From positions 207,013-271,012 of the forward strand of contig JBMOPW010000026.1 of NCBI GenBank assembly GCA_049322915.1: DNA of 64,000 nt, given 5' to 3'. Source of the DNA: Candidatus Zhuqueibacterota bacterium. Its GTDB lineage: Bacteria; Zhuqueibacterota; Zhuqueibacteria; Thermofontimicrobiales; Thermofontimicrobiaceae. The position numbers and the translations under genes were made by a program. Below the pieces are notes generated by a model, which was given only the letters and a program-made list of their open reading frames with translations, searched no databases and was not told the origin of the DNA. Positions 39,339 to 49,442 of the stretch are shown in pieces; position 1 is the first letter of the stretch; each line of letters starts with the position of its first letter.

Positions 39339-41075
39339 TTATCGAACCAACATCAGCTTGATTGATTGGCGGTATGCCCCGGCATCGATGCGACAAAGGT
39401 ACAATCCGCTTGAAAGGAAATTCCCATTACTGTCTTCTCCATTCCAATACGCGGAATGCAATCCCGGTGGTTGCAGCTTATTTTCGATAACTTTCACTTG
39501 TTGCCCCAACATATTGTAAATTGCAATATTCACCAGCGCTGCTTGAGGGATCGTATAATTTATGGTGGTTGTCGGGTTAAACGGATTGGGATAATTTTGC
39601 TGCAATGCAAAGACACGCGGGGGATCATTTTCATCATCCACAATTCCCACGCCACCGGCGATTGTGACATGAATTGTCCGGCTGTAGAGCGTCAGGTTCG
39701 CGACGATCGAGTTGGTAATTTTACAGCAGTAGGCACCCGAATCGGCAGCGGTCGCCGATCCAATCGCATACGAGCTGCCATTCGCGCCGGGAATATCGGT
39801 ACTATTCTTCTGCCACTGATAGTGATTGGCCGTACCGCCGACAGCGACGGATAACGTCAGGCTGGCGCCCGATTCGATGGTCGTGTCCTGTTTTTCGCCC
39901 ACGCTATCCTGTGGCGAGTACGAAAAATTGGTGATGAACATATTGGGTTCAATATCTTCAAATGTAAAGTTATTGTCTCCAATTCTTGAATAGATCAGAC
40001 TGGTATCGGCGGATAAATCGGGCAGATCGGTGAATTGATTTTCATCGAGGTAAAGTCGCTCTAACAAAGGCATTTGACCGACTCCGGCGGGAACGGCGCC
40101 GGTGAATTTATTTTTGAACAGATACAGACGTTCCAGTTTAGTCAGGTTGCCCAATGTCGCTGGCAGTGTATCGCCGAACTGATTCGCGGCTAAGTTCAAC
40201 CGTTCCAACTGCATCAGATTACCAATCCGAGGAGGAATGGCGCCCGTCAATTGATTATTGTCCAGGAACAGGGTGGTCAACGATGACAACTCCCATATCT
40301 GCGCCGGAATGGTTCCGGAGAATTGGTTCAGATCCATTTGCAATTTTTCAAGATTGGTCAAATTACCGATTTGCACTGGAATGGAACCGGATAGCTGATT
40401 CTGGCCTAACGTCAATTCTACTAATTGGGTGAGCAGGCCAATTTCATTGGGAATTGTCCCGGTCAGTTGATTATGATAAAGACCTAAATGTGTCAGATTG
40501 ATTAGATTTCCAATAGCGGGGGGGATGTCGCCAGTTAGTAGGTTGCTATGAAAATTCAGGTATGTCAAACGGGTCAGATTGAAAATTTCCGGCGGTATCA
40601 AACCGGTCAGTTGATTATCATACAGTGAAAACTCCTGCAGATTGACCAAATTTCCAATTTCCGACGGGATCTCGCCTGTCAGTTGATTCATTTCAAGTCG
40701 CAATGAAATCAGTTTTGTCAAATTGCCAAGCTCACGGGGGATTGCGCCGGTGAGTTGATTGCCGTAGACTGAAAAATAATCAAGTTGTGTCAGGTAACCC
40801 AGTGCCGGGGGAAGATGACCGGTCAGATTATTTTGATCAAGCGTAATAGCAACGACCCGGTTCTCGGAAACAACAATACCATACCAGGTATCCACAGATC
40901 CACTGAGCCAGTTTGTTTTATTTGTCCAGTTCGCACCCTTGGTACTGTCGTAAAGCGCAACCAGCGCTAACGAGTCCTGCTCCAGCACTTTGGCGGAAAG
41001 ATCGTAGTGGCTACCATCGAGCAGAGAAATCAAGAAAACCAGCACACTAATAAAAATGATTCGTTTCACATTCAT
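39339..41075 (-). CDS. Secreted leucine-rich-repeat protein with Ig domain and FlgD/T9SS-type C-terminal domain
   Basis: DSLALVALYDST cap; repeated NQLTGxIPxxIGNLxxL; Ig motif DSGAYCC; QNYPNPFNP tail. Confidence 0.9.
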   Translation of the reverse strand: MNVKRIIFISVLVFLISLLDGSHYDLSAKVLEQDSLALVALYDSTKGANWTNKTNWLSGSVDTWYGIVVSENRVVAITLDQNNLTGHLPPALGYLTQLDYFSVYGNQLTGAIPRELGNLTKLISLRLEMNQLTGEIPSEIGNLVNLQEFSLYDNQLTGLIPPEIFNLTRLTYLNFHSNLLTGDIPPAIGNLINLTHLGLYHNQLTGTIPNEIGLLTQLVELTLGQNQLSGSIPVQIGNLTNLEKLQMDLNQFSGTIPAQIWELSSLTTLFLDNNQLTGAIPPRIGNLMQLERLNLAANQFGDTLPATLGNLTKLERLYLFKNKFTGAVPAGVGQMPLLERLYLDENQFTDLPDLSADTSLIYSRIGDNNFTFEDIEPNMFITNFSYSPQDSVGEKQDTTIESGASLTLSVAVGGTANHYQWQKNSTDIPGANGSSYAIGSATAADSGAYCCKITNSIVANLTLYSRTIHVTIAGGVGIVDDENDPPRVFALQQNYPNPFNPTTTINYTIPQAALVNIAIYNMLGQQVKVIENKLQPPGLHSAYWNGEDSNGNFLSSGLYLCRIDAGAYRQSIKLMLVR

Positions 41076-41084
41076 CTCCTTCGT

Positions 41085-44027
41085 TTAATGCAGCAGTAGC
41101 ATTTTTTTTGATTCTGAAAAATGCGGTGTTATTAATTGATACAGATAAATTCCCGAGGCGGCTGTGTGTCCTTCTTCATCCAATCCATCCCAGACAACCG
41201 ATTTCATGCCGGCCATTTGAAATTCATCGACCAGCGTTTTTACAATTTGTCCCTGAAGATTATAAATTTTCAATTGAACATGGCTGAAGGCTGAAAGCTG
41301 ATAGCTTATAGCCGTCACTGGATTAAACGGATTGGGGTAGTTTTGATACAATACAAAATTCTCCGGGCTGGAAGGGGCATCATCCTCATCGATAGGCGTA
41401 ACGCGACCTCGACGCTGCAATTTTAAAAAATCCCAGATCACATCGGTCGCCGAAATGCCCAGCGTGCTGGTTCGGGGCCATTCATGTACCTGATCCTCGA
41501 TGGTATATAATTCAATATCAGCCTTGCCGCTGGATGAAGTCCATTTTTTGCCCAGAATGCCGTTTTCGTTATAGATGGTATCCGGAATTGGTGAACAATC
41601 ATTTATCCGGCGCCAAATTGCCATGACGGTATCGACCGGAGGCACAACGAGAATGCTGTCGCCACATCCTTCGTAATCGACCAGCCAATCGCTCAAACCA
41701 TGAAAATGAATAATCGGGACGGGAAATTCCGGATTACAGTATTCATATACCATTTGTCCGGAAGAGACTCCGATAGCGGCGATTCGGAACGATAATTCCG
41801 CCGCCACCCGATAGGACATCATTGAGCCATTGGAGAAACCCATGGCGTAGATGCGTGTGGTATCGATGGGATAATTCATAATCATTTTGTGGATGACAGC
41901 GGAAATGAAGCCGAGATCATCGGTGCCCTCGGTCAATTCCTCATACCCGTCGCCGGCATTGAAATATTCTGAATGATGATGATGCAGGGCATTGGGACAG
42001 GCGACGATAAACTGTTCGGCATCTGCTTTTTGAACCAGACTGGCTGTCCCCATAAATTGATAGCCAGTCGCGCCGGTGCCATGCAATCCGATAACGAGGG
42101 GATAGCCGTTCGGATTCGGAGCCAGCTCCGGTTTATAAACAATGTAGGTGCGCAGCGAATCATCAAACATAATTTGTTTTTCCTGTAAACCAGTCTCTTT
42201 GGGTCGGAATAGAATCGCCCGATCCATGATGACTTCCGAAGCGGCTGGTCCGACTTTGGTAGGCGGCTCGACGTACAAACGGAACAGCATGCCGGCCGTT
42301 GCGCCATAATCAAGTCCCGTGTAATCATTATTTACATCCGGAGGGATCACAAATGTCCGGGAGTCAATTTGCGTGCGGGCGAATTTCCAGACGTAAAAGC
42401 TGTCAGCCAAAATGGGATCGGTAAGGAATTGCTGTGCTGTCCCCTGAAAATCCCGATTGCTGACGCCGCCCAGTCCGTTCAGCATCGGCGCCCCGATGCA
42501 GTTGATATTGCAGTAGGTCGCTTTGCCGGTTTTGGCGTGATTCACGCCAAACACCACAATAATATCCTGCTCCTGAAACTCGAAGAACGGCGTGCGCAGG
42601 TAAAGCGCGTCACGGGTTTCGCCCCGCACATTCATACGTGTTTCAATCGCCTCATATCCCTCCGGCAGCCACGGGTATGAGGTTAAGTCAATGGCATCAT
42701 AAGCAGCGCTGTATTGGTTCATGATGTGTTGCTTGAGCTGCTCCAGACCATCGCTCAAATGAAATTCAGTCGTGCCCGTGCCGCGTTGGCGGAGTGTCGG
42801 CCTCGGAATATAATTGGGCGCCGCAGCGATGTTCGGCGTGATCCGCAAAAATTCCAGCGGCGGATTGGTGGTGTATTGCGCCTCATCCGCCGGGTCGTCG
42901 AACAGCACGGCGCGATGGAAAAAATTAAAGTAATCCGCTTTCTCATCCAGTCCCAAACGCACAATGTCGCCGGGAATCACGTCTAGATAAATATCGTTCT
43001 CGCTGATTCCTGAAGCGAGCGCCGCGTTCCGAATGGCGTCGGAGATGTTTTGATCGGCAGTGGAAATGAGCATGAAAAACCGATTGAAGCTGTCCGGAAC
43101 ATCGTGGCCTTCGGACATGTTGTACCGGCTTTGCGTGTCGCCCAGACTGGCGTAGATTTTTTTTCGATGGGGCATCTCATCCTCATAATAGCGGTTGAAC
43201 AAATAGCTGCGATAGCTGTAGTAGGTGCAGGGCAGCGGCGTGCGGCCGATCAGGACAAAGGCCTCGTCGGGCCGCATCATGTAGAACATGGGAATTGAAG
43301 ATGCGGAAGCTTCAGCCGGACAGGGCGGCGTCTGCGTCATCAGGTAGGGATAATTGGCATTGTTGCCGTTACAGTCTGCCTGATAGCCCGCCACATATAA
43401 ATGAATGGCATTCACCAGATCGATGCTGCCTTGCTGTACCGAGTAATTATTTAGCGACAGCGCATCAGCCAGCGTTTTCGCCTGCGGAACAATATCGCCG
43501 ATTGCCGATGGCGCCGAGACCATTATTTGAAGATGTTGATTTGCTTCGCTAAAACTGACCTCGCCGGCAATAGCCAGCGCCAAAAAATTGAGCGGCGCCA
43601 TTACGGTGGAATTAACCGCTTCAACCGGCGGTAGCATGTCCACCATTTTGAGAGCGACGAACCCCTGCTGATAATTCACGTAGGCGAACGAAATGATTTT
43701 CCCGTATTGCACCGTCAATCCGAAATTTTGCCCGATGGGAAAATAGCGTCCGCCGGCAAAATCGCAGAACGCATTGGCGTCAACGAGGATGCGCTGATCC
43801 CGTTTTACATACAGGATCGATTGTTCCGCTGTATCGCCGTTCACACACACTGTGGCATAGAATAGAGAATCGTTGCCGGAGCAGTGCATGGATAGTTTTC
43901 TTTCCTCACTCTGTGAACTGGTGTTTCGCGAGAAAGCGGTGATACACAGGACGAACAGGATAGCCAGCAGAGTGAGAATCCTGGAAAGAACAAAATTTTT
44001 TCGGGTGTTGAGACGTATGGGATTCAT
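41085..44027 (-). CDS. Multidomain secreted protein: unknown N-terminal region + LpqC/PHB-depolymerase-like esterase + FlgD/T9SS-type tail
   Basis: PLVIGLHG, DDLGFI, IYAMGFSNGSMM, HFHGLSD, HEWP; QNYPNPFNP tail. Confidence 0.8.
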   Translation of the reverse strand: MNPIRLNTRKNFVLSRILTLLAILFVLCITAFSRNTSSQSEERKLSMHCSGNDSLFYATVCVNGDTAEQSILYVKRDQRILVDANAFCDFAGGRYFPIGQNFGLTVQYGKIISFAYVNYQQGFVALKMVDMLPPVEAVNSTVMAPLNFLALAIAGEVSFSEANQHLQIMVSAPSAIGDIVPQAKTLADALSLNNYSVQQGSIDLVNAIHLYVAGYQADCNGNNANYPYLMTQTPPCPAEASASSIPMFYMMRPDEAFVLIGRTPLPCTYYSYRSYLFNRYYEDEMPHRKKIYASLGDTQSRYNMSEGHDVPDSFNRFFMLISTADQNISDAIRNAALASGISENDIYLDVIPGDIVRLGLDEKADYFNFFHRAVLFDDPADEAQYTTNPPLEFLRITPNIAAAPNYIPRPTLRQRGTGTTEFHLSDGLEQLKQHIMNQYSAAYDAIDLTSYPWLPEGYEAIETRMNVRGETRDALYLRTPFFEFQEQDIIVVFGVNHAKTGKATYCNINCIGAPMLNGLGGVSNRDFQGTAQQFLTDPILADSFYVWKFARTQIDSRTFVIPPDVNNDYTGLDYGATAGMLFRLYVEPPTKVGPAASEVIMDRAILFRPKETGLQEKQIMFDDSLRTYIVYKPELAPNPNGYPLVIGLHGTGATGYQFMGTASLVQKADAEQFIVACPNALHHHHSEYFNAGDGYEELTEGTDDLGFISAVIHKMIMNYPIDTTRIYAMGFSNGSMMSYRVAAELSFRIAAIGVSSGQMVYEYCNPEFPVPIIHFHGLSDWLVDYEGCGDSILVVPPVDTVMAIWRRINDCSPIPDTIYNENGILGKKWTSSSGKADIELYTIEDQVHEWPRTSTLGISATDVIWDFLKLQRRGRVTPIDEDDAPSSPENFVLYQNYPNPFNPVTAISYQLSAFSHVQLKIYNLQGQIVKTLVDEFQMAGMKSVVWDGLDEEGHTAASGIYLYQLITPHFSESKKMLLLH

Positions 44028-44742
44028 TCTGTACCTCCATTTAATAAATGAAAGAAATGGGACACAGACAAAAGTGACTATCGACAGAAAGAATATCAGG
44101 CTATTTTAAAAACAATTGAAAACTCTATGAGATGGTCGATTCAATGACCTTTGTTATCCCCGGTAAGAAAAGACGCCGGCCAAAAAAAAATTTCCGCAAG
44201 CATTGCCCTTTGAAAAGTCACTGCAGTGCGGAAGAAATTCTCAGCTTAATAAATTCGGGATTACAATTTTATTCATTTTAGGGATGATCATTTTCATCGG
44301 CTGGGAGAAACAAGTCCTGTTACAGGAAATTTTCATTATATGAACATCAGAGACTTGTATCAGGTAATGCGCGACACATGAAATTCGAAGTACCCGGCTT
44401 TATTTCGCTTGTGAAAATTGATTTTCGATTTCACTTCGGCAGCGTTTTGAGAATGGAAGCAATGCCAGTCAAACGAGTTACGTTCCGGATATACATGGAG
44501 GAGTTTAACACCGTGGAACAGGATGAGTTGTCGATCAGATTGGCTGGCTGTTGTGGATATAGCATAATAATTATTAATGATATTGTCAAGATAATTTTTT
44601 GGTCGAAGTCGCTGCGCCGGCTAAATGCAATCGGGGCACGATTAATGATGACTTGCAAGTCTGGGCCTTGATCCGGGCGATGTAGGATAGCGCGCGTCGA
44701 AATTGATGGGATCGATCATAAACGATGCATTGCAGGTCACTC

Positions 44743-45042
44743 CTATTTCAACACATTCGCCGGGCAGTCGCTCCACCACACCGGGTAACTGAAAGCCAGG
44801 GCATCGGCGCGGTCGATTTTCCCCTGCTCAATTCGGACATCCTCCGGCACAGGCGCTTCCGGATTCAGCCCGACTTTGCGAAAATACAGATACTCATCCA
44901 TTTCCGAGTTGAAATTCATCCGGTACAAATCGCCGATTTCATGCGTATGCCCGGCCAGGCCGAGTCCGTTTGTAAATGCGTCAAGGACGTCCCTGCAAAA
45001 CGCGCTGTTTGCCGGGTGAGCGTAAAGGATGTAAACGTGTAT
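44743..45042 (-). pseudogene. Truncated paralog of the NAD(P)H oxidoreductase at 33230
   Basis: IHVYILYAHP...ADALAFSYPVWWSDCPANVLK*. ATA sits at the start-codon position and the C-terminal half is missing. Confidence 0.85.
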
Positions 45043-45134
45043 GGATGGGCCTTTTTTTAATGAAGTCGATGAGTTAAAATGAAGAAAGAAAACAGGGGTT
45101 TTATGAAAATCTAAAAAACATAATATGAGAAGAT

Positions 45135-45413
45135 TTAGTTCGAGTGTTTCAATTCCTGGTCAATTCGTTCTTTTAAAAATATTTTTATCAGGGACTGATA
45201 TGGGACATTTCTTTTATTTGCAATCATTTTAATTTCATCTAAAATGAATTCCGGCAATCGAAGCGATATTTTTTTGGTCGATGGTTTAAGTTTTGAAAAA
45301 GTGATCTTTTCCGATTTTTCCCAATCAATATATTCAGTAGAATCTGAAGTTGCCCAAAACTCCCGATCTTCATCCTCAGTTTTAAATTGAGGTATCTTTT
45401 TTAATTTTTTCAT
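45135..45413 (-). CDS. brnA: BrnA/CopG-like antitoxin
   Basis: IPQFKTEDEDREFWAT..ISLRLPE..KRNVPYQSLIK. Confidence 0.88.
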   Translation of the reverse strand: MKKLKKIPQFKTEDEDREFWATSDSTEYIDWEKSEKITFSKLKPSTKKISLRLPEFILDEIKMIANKRNVPYQSLIKIFLKERIDQELKHSN

Positions 45414-45699
45414 TATAGATTTCTCTTTCGTTTATATTCATATCTCGTGCTGACATAATTCGAATAAGATTATCTCTTACGGTAAACACAATAAAAAGCA
45501 GTCTTCCTGCATCTGTTCTGCCAAGAGTATACCACCTTATCTCATACTGCGAATGCTTCGTATCATCAGCAATAATCAGAGGCTCATTAAAGAATACTTG
45601 TTCAGATTCATTTCTTGGGACTTGATGGCGTATCCAATTTTTTTCAGAATTTCCATCATCCCGATCAAATCCGATACAGCCAGATATTTGTTCATTCAT
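45382..45699 (-). CDS. brnT: BrnT-family toxin
   Basis: N.EKNWIRH..ESEQVFFNEP..HSQYEIRW..LGRT..VFTVR..IRIMSARDM. Confidence 0.88.
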   Translation of the reverse strand: MNEQISGCIGFDRDDGNSEKNWIRHQVPRNESEQVFFNEPLIIADDTKHSQYEIRWYTLGRTDAGRLLFIVFTVRDNLIRIMSARDMNINEREIYNEKIKKDTSI

Positions 45700-45705
45700 A
45701 GCATT

Positions 45706-45737
45706 TGTATATTATTAAAATATACATTAACTGTCAA
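45706..45737 (-). promoter_or_regulatory. brnTA promoter with palindromic operator
   Basis: TTGACA-17-TAATAT on the - strand; TGTATATT-N5-AATATACA at 45706-45726. Confidence 0.65.
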
Positions 45738-45858
45738 CCAGAAAATACGTTGAGTTCCATTTTTATTAACTTCAGTTAAATAATAATCCGCCTGTTGCCG
45801 ATTGGCATTGATTATTTTTGGACAATTGAAGAGTAAATTTTCTGAGCAAATTAGACCA

Positions 45859-46599
45859 TTATTTCTTCAACGCGGCCTTCGAAAAAATATAGTCCGGAAT
45901 TTCCTGGTCAAACTTGATTTCATCGATGATAAATTCCGTGCCGTCGCTGCTTTTGAGCATGTCTTTGAAAATGATGGTCTTTGGAAACCAGCGCCCCTGC
46001 TCTCGCGTGATGTTTTTTAGTTCCGCCTTTTTCAGCAGCTTGCCGCTCTTGGCATACAATTCCTCCTTCAGGGGAATGTAGCGTTCCTGGTCCACCCACT
46101 GCTTGCGCTTATGATAGGCCACGTCCGATGTTTTGGCGGTCAATTCCAGGACCCAGCACAGGCGGCCGTCGAGCGTGTCCGAGCCAGTGACCGCAGCGTT
46201 GTATTTATTGGTCAGCTTCGGGTCTTCCATCATGTCTTCGTAGGACAAATCCGAGCCCATCACAGACTGGCGCAGCATGTGCCCTGAAATTTGAATTGTT
46301 CGGTCCGTCGATGGCGAGTACATCCAGAGCATGTCTTCCAGTTTCAGCATTTTGGTGCCCTTTTCCCGCGCCGGGGAGAGGTATTCAGTGAAGCTTTTTT
46401 CCTCACCGACTGACCACGATTTGGACTCGACTGTCCGACTGCCCCGGCGGCTGTGAATCACCATTTTGGATGTGAACACCCGATTTATCGAGGACATATT
46501 TTCATCTATTTTTTGCAGGATTTCTTCGCCGTTGGGTGTTTGGGCGAAACCTGCGGTGGTTAGCAAAAACATCAGAAAAATATATTTTAGTTTTTTCAT
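45859..46599 (-). CDS. Outer-membrane lipoprotein-sorting (LolA-like) protein
   Basis: SPAREKGTKML..LWMYSP..MGSDLSYED; signal peptide. Confidence 0.85.
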   Translation of the reverse strand: MKKLKYIFLMFLLTTAGFAQTPNGEEILQKIDENMSSINRVFTSKMVIHSRRGSRTVESKSWSVGEEKSFTEYLSPAREKGTKMLKLEDMLWMYSPSTDRTIQISGHMLRQSVMGSDLSYEDMMEDPKLTNKYNAAVTGSDTLDGRLCWVLELTAKTSDVAYHKRKQWVDQERYIPLKEELYAKSGKLLKKAELKNITREQGRWFPKTIIFKDMLKSSDGTEFIIDEIKFDQEIPDYIFSKAALKK

Positions 46600-46629
46600 C
46601 TTACACTCCTGGAATTTTACATTGTCATA

Positions 46630-46819
46630 GAACGCGGATTTAACTGATTTGACGGATCATACAAATCGCAGATACGTTGTTCTTCGCGCTCCAATGACTC
46701 TTCGGGACCAGAGCAATTTTCAAAGATTTTTGTGAATTCAGGAAATAATAACTCCAATACTTAACTTTGTTTTTAGTTGTTATCCGTGCAAATCCGTGTA
46801 ATCAGCGTCATCTGCGTTC
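46630..46819. repeat. Intergenic long imperfect palindrome
   Basis: GAACGCGGAT..CTGATT..ACGGAT on the left; ATCCGT..AATCAG..ATCTGCGTTC on the right. Confidence 0.6.
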
Positions 46820-46834
46820 CATCATATTTTCAAA

Positions 46835-48109
46835 TTAAACTTCCAGTTCCTTAAACAACTGCGCAGTCTTTCGTCTGTAAATTCCCACGCCGGAGAGCAT
46901 GGTTCCGATGACTGTGGAAAAAATGCCGGGAATGAAGCCGATGAAATAGGCCGGCGGGGTTATCTGCGCGCGGAATTTTGCCGGCATCATCATGGATGCG
47001 TTTTTCATGGCGGAACTGAAATCAAAGCCTTTTTCCTGCAAGAGGTACGCCAATCCCAAACCGACGAGCGTTCCAAGTACGGAGCCGGCAATCCCAATGG
47101 CAACTGATTCGACAATCATCGACCGATAGACATGCCCCTTAGCCTCGCCAATGGCCAGGCGAATGCCCACTTCACTGTATCTTCGGAGACCGCCCAGCAG
47201 GCCGGCATTCCACAACACAATGGACATAACTCCGATGAAAACAAAAATGAACAGCCCAACCATGCTTTCCAGGTAGGCCAGCATTTCTGATAAATTATTC
47301 TGATCTTTCAATTTTAACATAATTGGTGAAAACTCGTTCTCCGAATCCGAATATTTTTGATTGAATGTGTTCTTCAACAGGTCTGCTTTTTTCTCATCAT
47401 AAAACGTGTTTGAAAAATATCCCAATATTTCGCTGCTGGCGTCAGTCATGTTCAGGGCAGTTTGTGCGTCACCGATATCCATCACCATTGCGCCGCGATC
47501 CATGGCCTGAATGCCGAACTGAACCGTACCGGCAACGGTAAAATTATACATGGCCATGCTGCCGTACATGGTGGAACTGATCAGTGTTACCTGGTCTCCC
47601 GGTTGAATCCCCAGCTTTTTGGTAAAATCTTCACTGATGAGAATTTCACCGGCAGTCCGGGGTACGTGTCCATTTACGAGCGAAGAGAGGATGTTCATCC
47701 GTTTCACTTCTTCGGAATTATTCGATAGCAAATCCACAGCCCAGCCAATCACTGGACCCTGACCTTTGGTTTCTCCTTTCTCATCCGGAACGTCTAACAA
47801 CCCGCCGAACCGAATTCGCTCCACCCAATTCATTTCCGGGAATTCCTGTCTTAAATTCTGGTCCAATTCATTCACATTCTCCAGGGCCAGATCCATGGGC
47901 ATCTGGTCCATGTTTTCAGCGTATGCGCGGGTTACAATTTTAACATGGCCGGTCGCGAAATTTGCATTGGATTCCAATGTGTCACCAAGAATTCCGGTGA
48001 TCCATGAATGCGCCACAACAGTGAGCATCACGCCAATGGCAACCGTAATGACCGGGAACAGGCTTCGGTTTCGGTCGCGAATTAAGCCTTTGATCAAAAA
48101 TTTTATCAT
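46835..48109 (-). CDS. FtsX/LolE-like ABC permease
   Basis: 4-TM topology with a large periplasmic loop; RRYSEVGIRLAIG. Confidence 0.88.
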   Translation of the reverse strand: MIKFLIKGLIRDRNRSLFPVITVAIGVMLTVVAHSWITGILGDTLESNANFATGHVKIVTRAYAENMDQMPMDLALENVNELDQNLRQEFPEMNWVERIRFGGLLDVPDEKGETKGQGPVIGWAVDLLSNNSEEVKRMNILSSLVNGHVPRTAGEILISEDFTKKLGIQPGDQVTLISSTMYGSMAMYNFTVAGTVQFGIQAMDRGAMVMDIGDAQTALNMTDASSEILGYFSNTFYDEKKADLLKNTFNQKYSDSENEFSPIMLKLKDQNNLSEMLAYLESMVGLFIFVFIGVMSIVLWNAGLLGGLRRYSEVGIRLAIGEAKGHVYRSMIVESVAIGIAGSVLGTLVGLGLAYLLQEKGFDFSSAMKNASMMMPAKFRAQITPPAYFIGFIPGIFSTVIGTMLSGVGIYRRKTAQLFKELEV

Positions 48110-49278
48110 TGAATTTTTCCTCGAATTGCGTCCGTGGGATTCATTTTTGTTATTCGTCGCGCCGGGAGAAAACTGACAACGGTGACAGTAATCAGCACGA
48201 TAACGATGGTCATGATTATTAATTTCAGGCTGTAAACCGGGTAAATTTTATCGGCGATGGCCAGACCATAATCGTCATAGCCCTGGGGAATTGAAAATCC
48301 GCGAATTGCCTGAAACGACAGTAACGGAATGCCATACAACGCCCCGACGAGCGCGGCCAAAACCGCGTGCATGGCGCCTTCCACGGTGAAAAGCCGAACC
48401 ACCTGCCAGCGCGTCATGCCCAACGCAATGTCGGTGCCGATTTCTTTTTGCCGCCGGAAAATGGACAGCACCTGGGTATCGAAAATCGCCAACAGCGCTA
48501 GCGACATTAAAATCATGTACATGATGGAACCGCCAACCGACTTCTGCTCGATGATTTGGTCGATGTCCGCCAACAAAAAATCATGATTTTTGAAATTCCA
48601 GCCTTCAACTTTAGCAGGTACCTTGTACTCTTTTTCCGAGATGAGAATAGTGGCCTCGCCCGGCATTTGCAGCATGGTGCGAAGTTTCTTCAACGGAATC
48701 CACATCTGGCCGTTGTCCGTCGCCGGGACATCGGTTTTATAAATCCCGACAATTTTTGCTTCGGCTGCATCAAACGTTCCATTCACATCGCGCCAGCGTA
48801 CAGTCACGTAATCGCCCATCTGAAGCCTGTTGTTTCGGGCCATGCGCGTGCCGATGATCGCCGGGATTCCTTCTATTTCAGTCTTTAGCATATTCGCCGG
48901 AATTTGAATGATGTTCTGATTTGGATCGATTCCCTTGAGCACGATGCTCTGCATGCGACCGTCCGGGTAAATGGTGGCCTGTGACAAAAGGATGGGCGTG
49001 AGCTTGCCCTCTTCCACTTCCTTGAGAAGCGGGTCCGGCAATTTCCCGTGGCTATCGCTGATGGTGAACGGATCGTAACGGTCATATTCCTGATGCCAGT
49101 ACTGGCCGCCGCCGTAATCCCATTCAATGGTATCGTGGCGCGCCTGCCGGTTCCAGCCTTCCAGCAGGCCTTTGTTCCAGATAATGACGACAAACGACAG
49201 TGAAAGCACAATGACATTGAGCCATGTCCGCAATCCGGCGCCGATTAAATTTCGAAATGCTAATTTTACAGCAAGCAT
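48106..49278 (-). CDS. FtsX/LolE-like ABC permease
   Basis: LAFRNL; RRQKEIGTDIALG; PARRITKMNPTDAIR. Confidence 0.88.
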   Translation of the reverse strand: MLAVKLAFRNLIGAGLRTWLNVIVLSLSFVVIIWNKGLLEGWNRQARHDTIEWDYGGGQYWHQEYDRYDPFTISDSHGKLPDPLLKEVEEGKLTPILLSQATIYPDGRMQSIVLKGIDPNQNIIQIPANMLKTEIEGIPAIIGTRMARNNRLQMGDYVTVRWRDVNGTFDAAEAKIVGIYKTDVPATDNGQMWIPLKKLRTMLQMPGEATILISEKEYKVPAKVEGWNFKNHDFLLADIDQIIEQKSVGGSIMYMILMSLALLAIFDTQVLSIFRRQKEIGTDIALGMTRWQVVRLFTVEGAMHAVLAALVGALYGIPLLSFQAIRGFSIPQGYDDYGLAIADKIYPVYSLKLIIMTIVIVLITVTVVSFLPARRITKMNPTDAIRGKIQ

Positions 49279-49307
49279 TGTTGCCTCCTCGGTTGGATTT
49301 TCGATGG

Positions 49308-49442
49308 GTGGTTATTGGTAAAATAGTGATTGGTGAGTTCGAATTGTACCATTTGAATTATCTTGAAATTAATTTCACAATTCACCTCTACCCACTCACG
49401 TTTCATTAATCACCTCTCACCAATCACCTCTCACCAATCACC
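49308..49442. repeat. Heptamer repeats (AATCACC/TCTCACC alternating x5) with an inverted partner arm
   Basis: Tandem array at 49408-49442; GTGATTGGTGAG near 49326-49337. Confidence 0.7.

Noticed and set aside
44378..44671. Small ORFs on both strands
   Set aside because: No RBS or motif support; probably degraded sequence.
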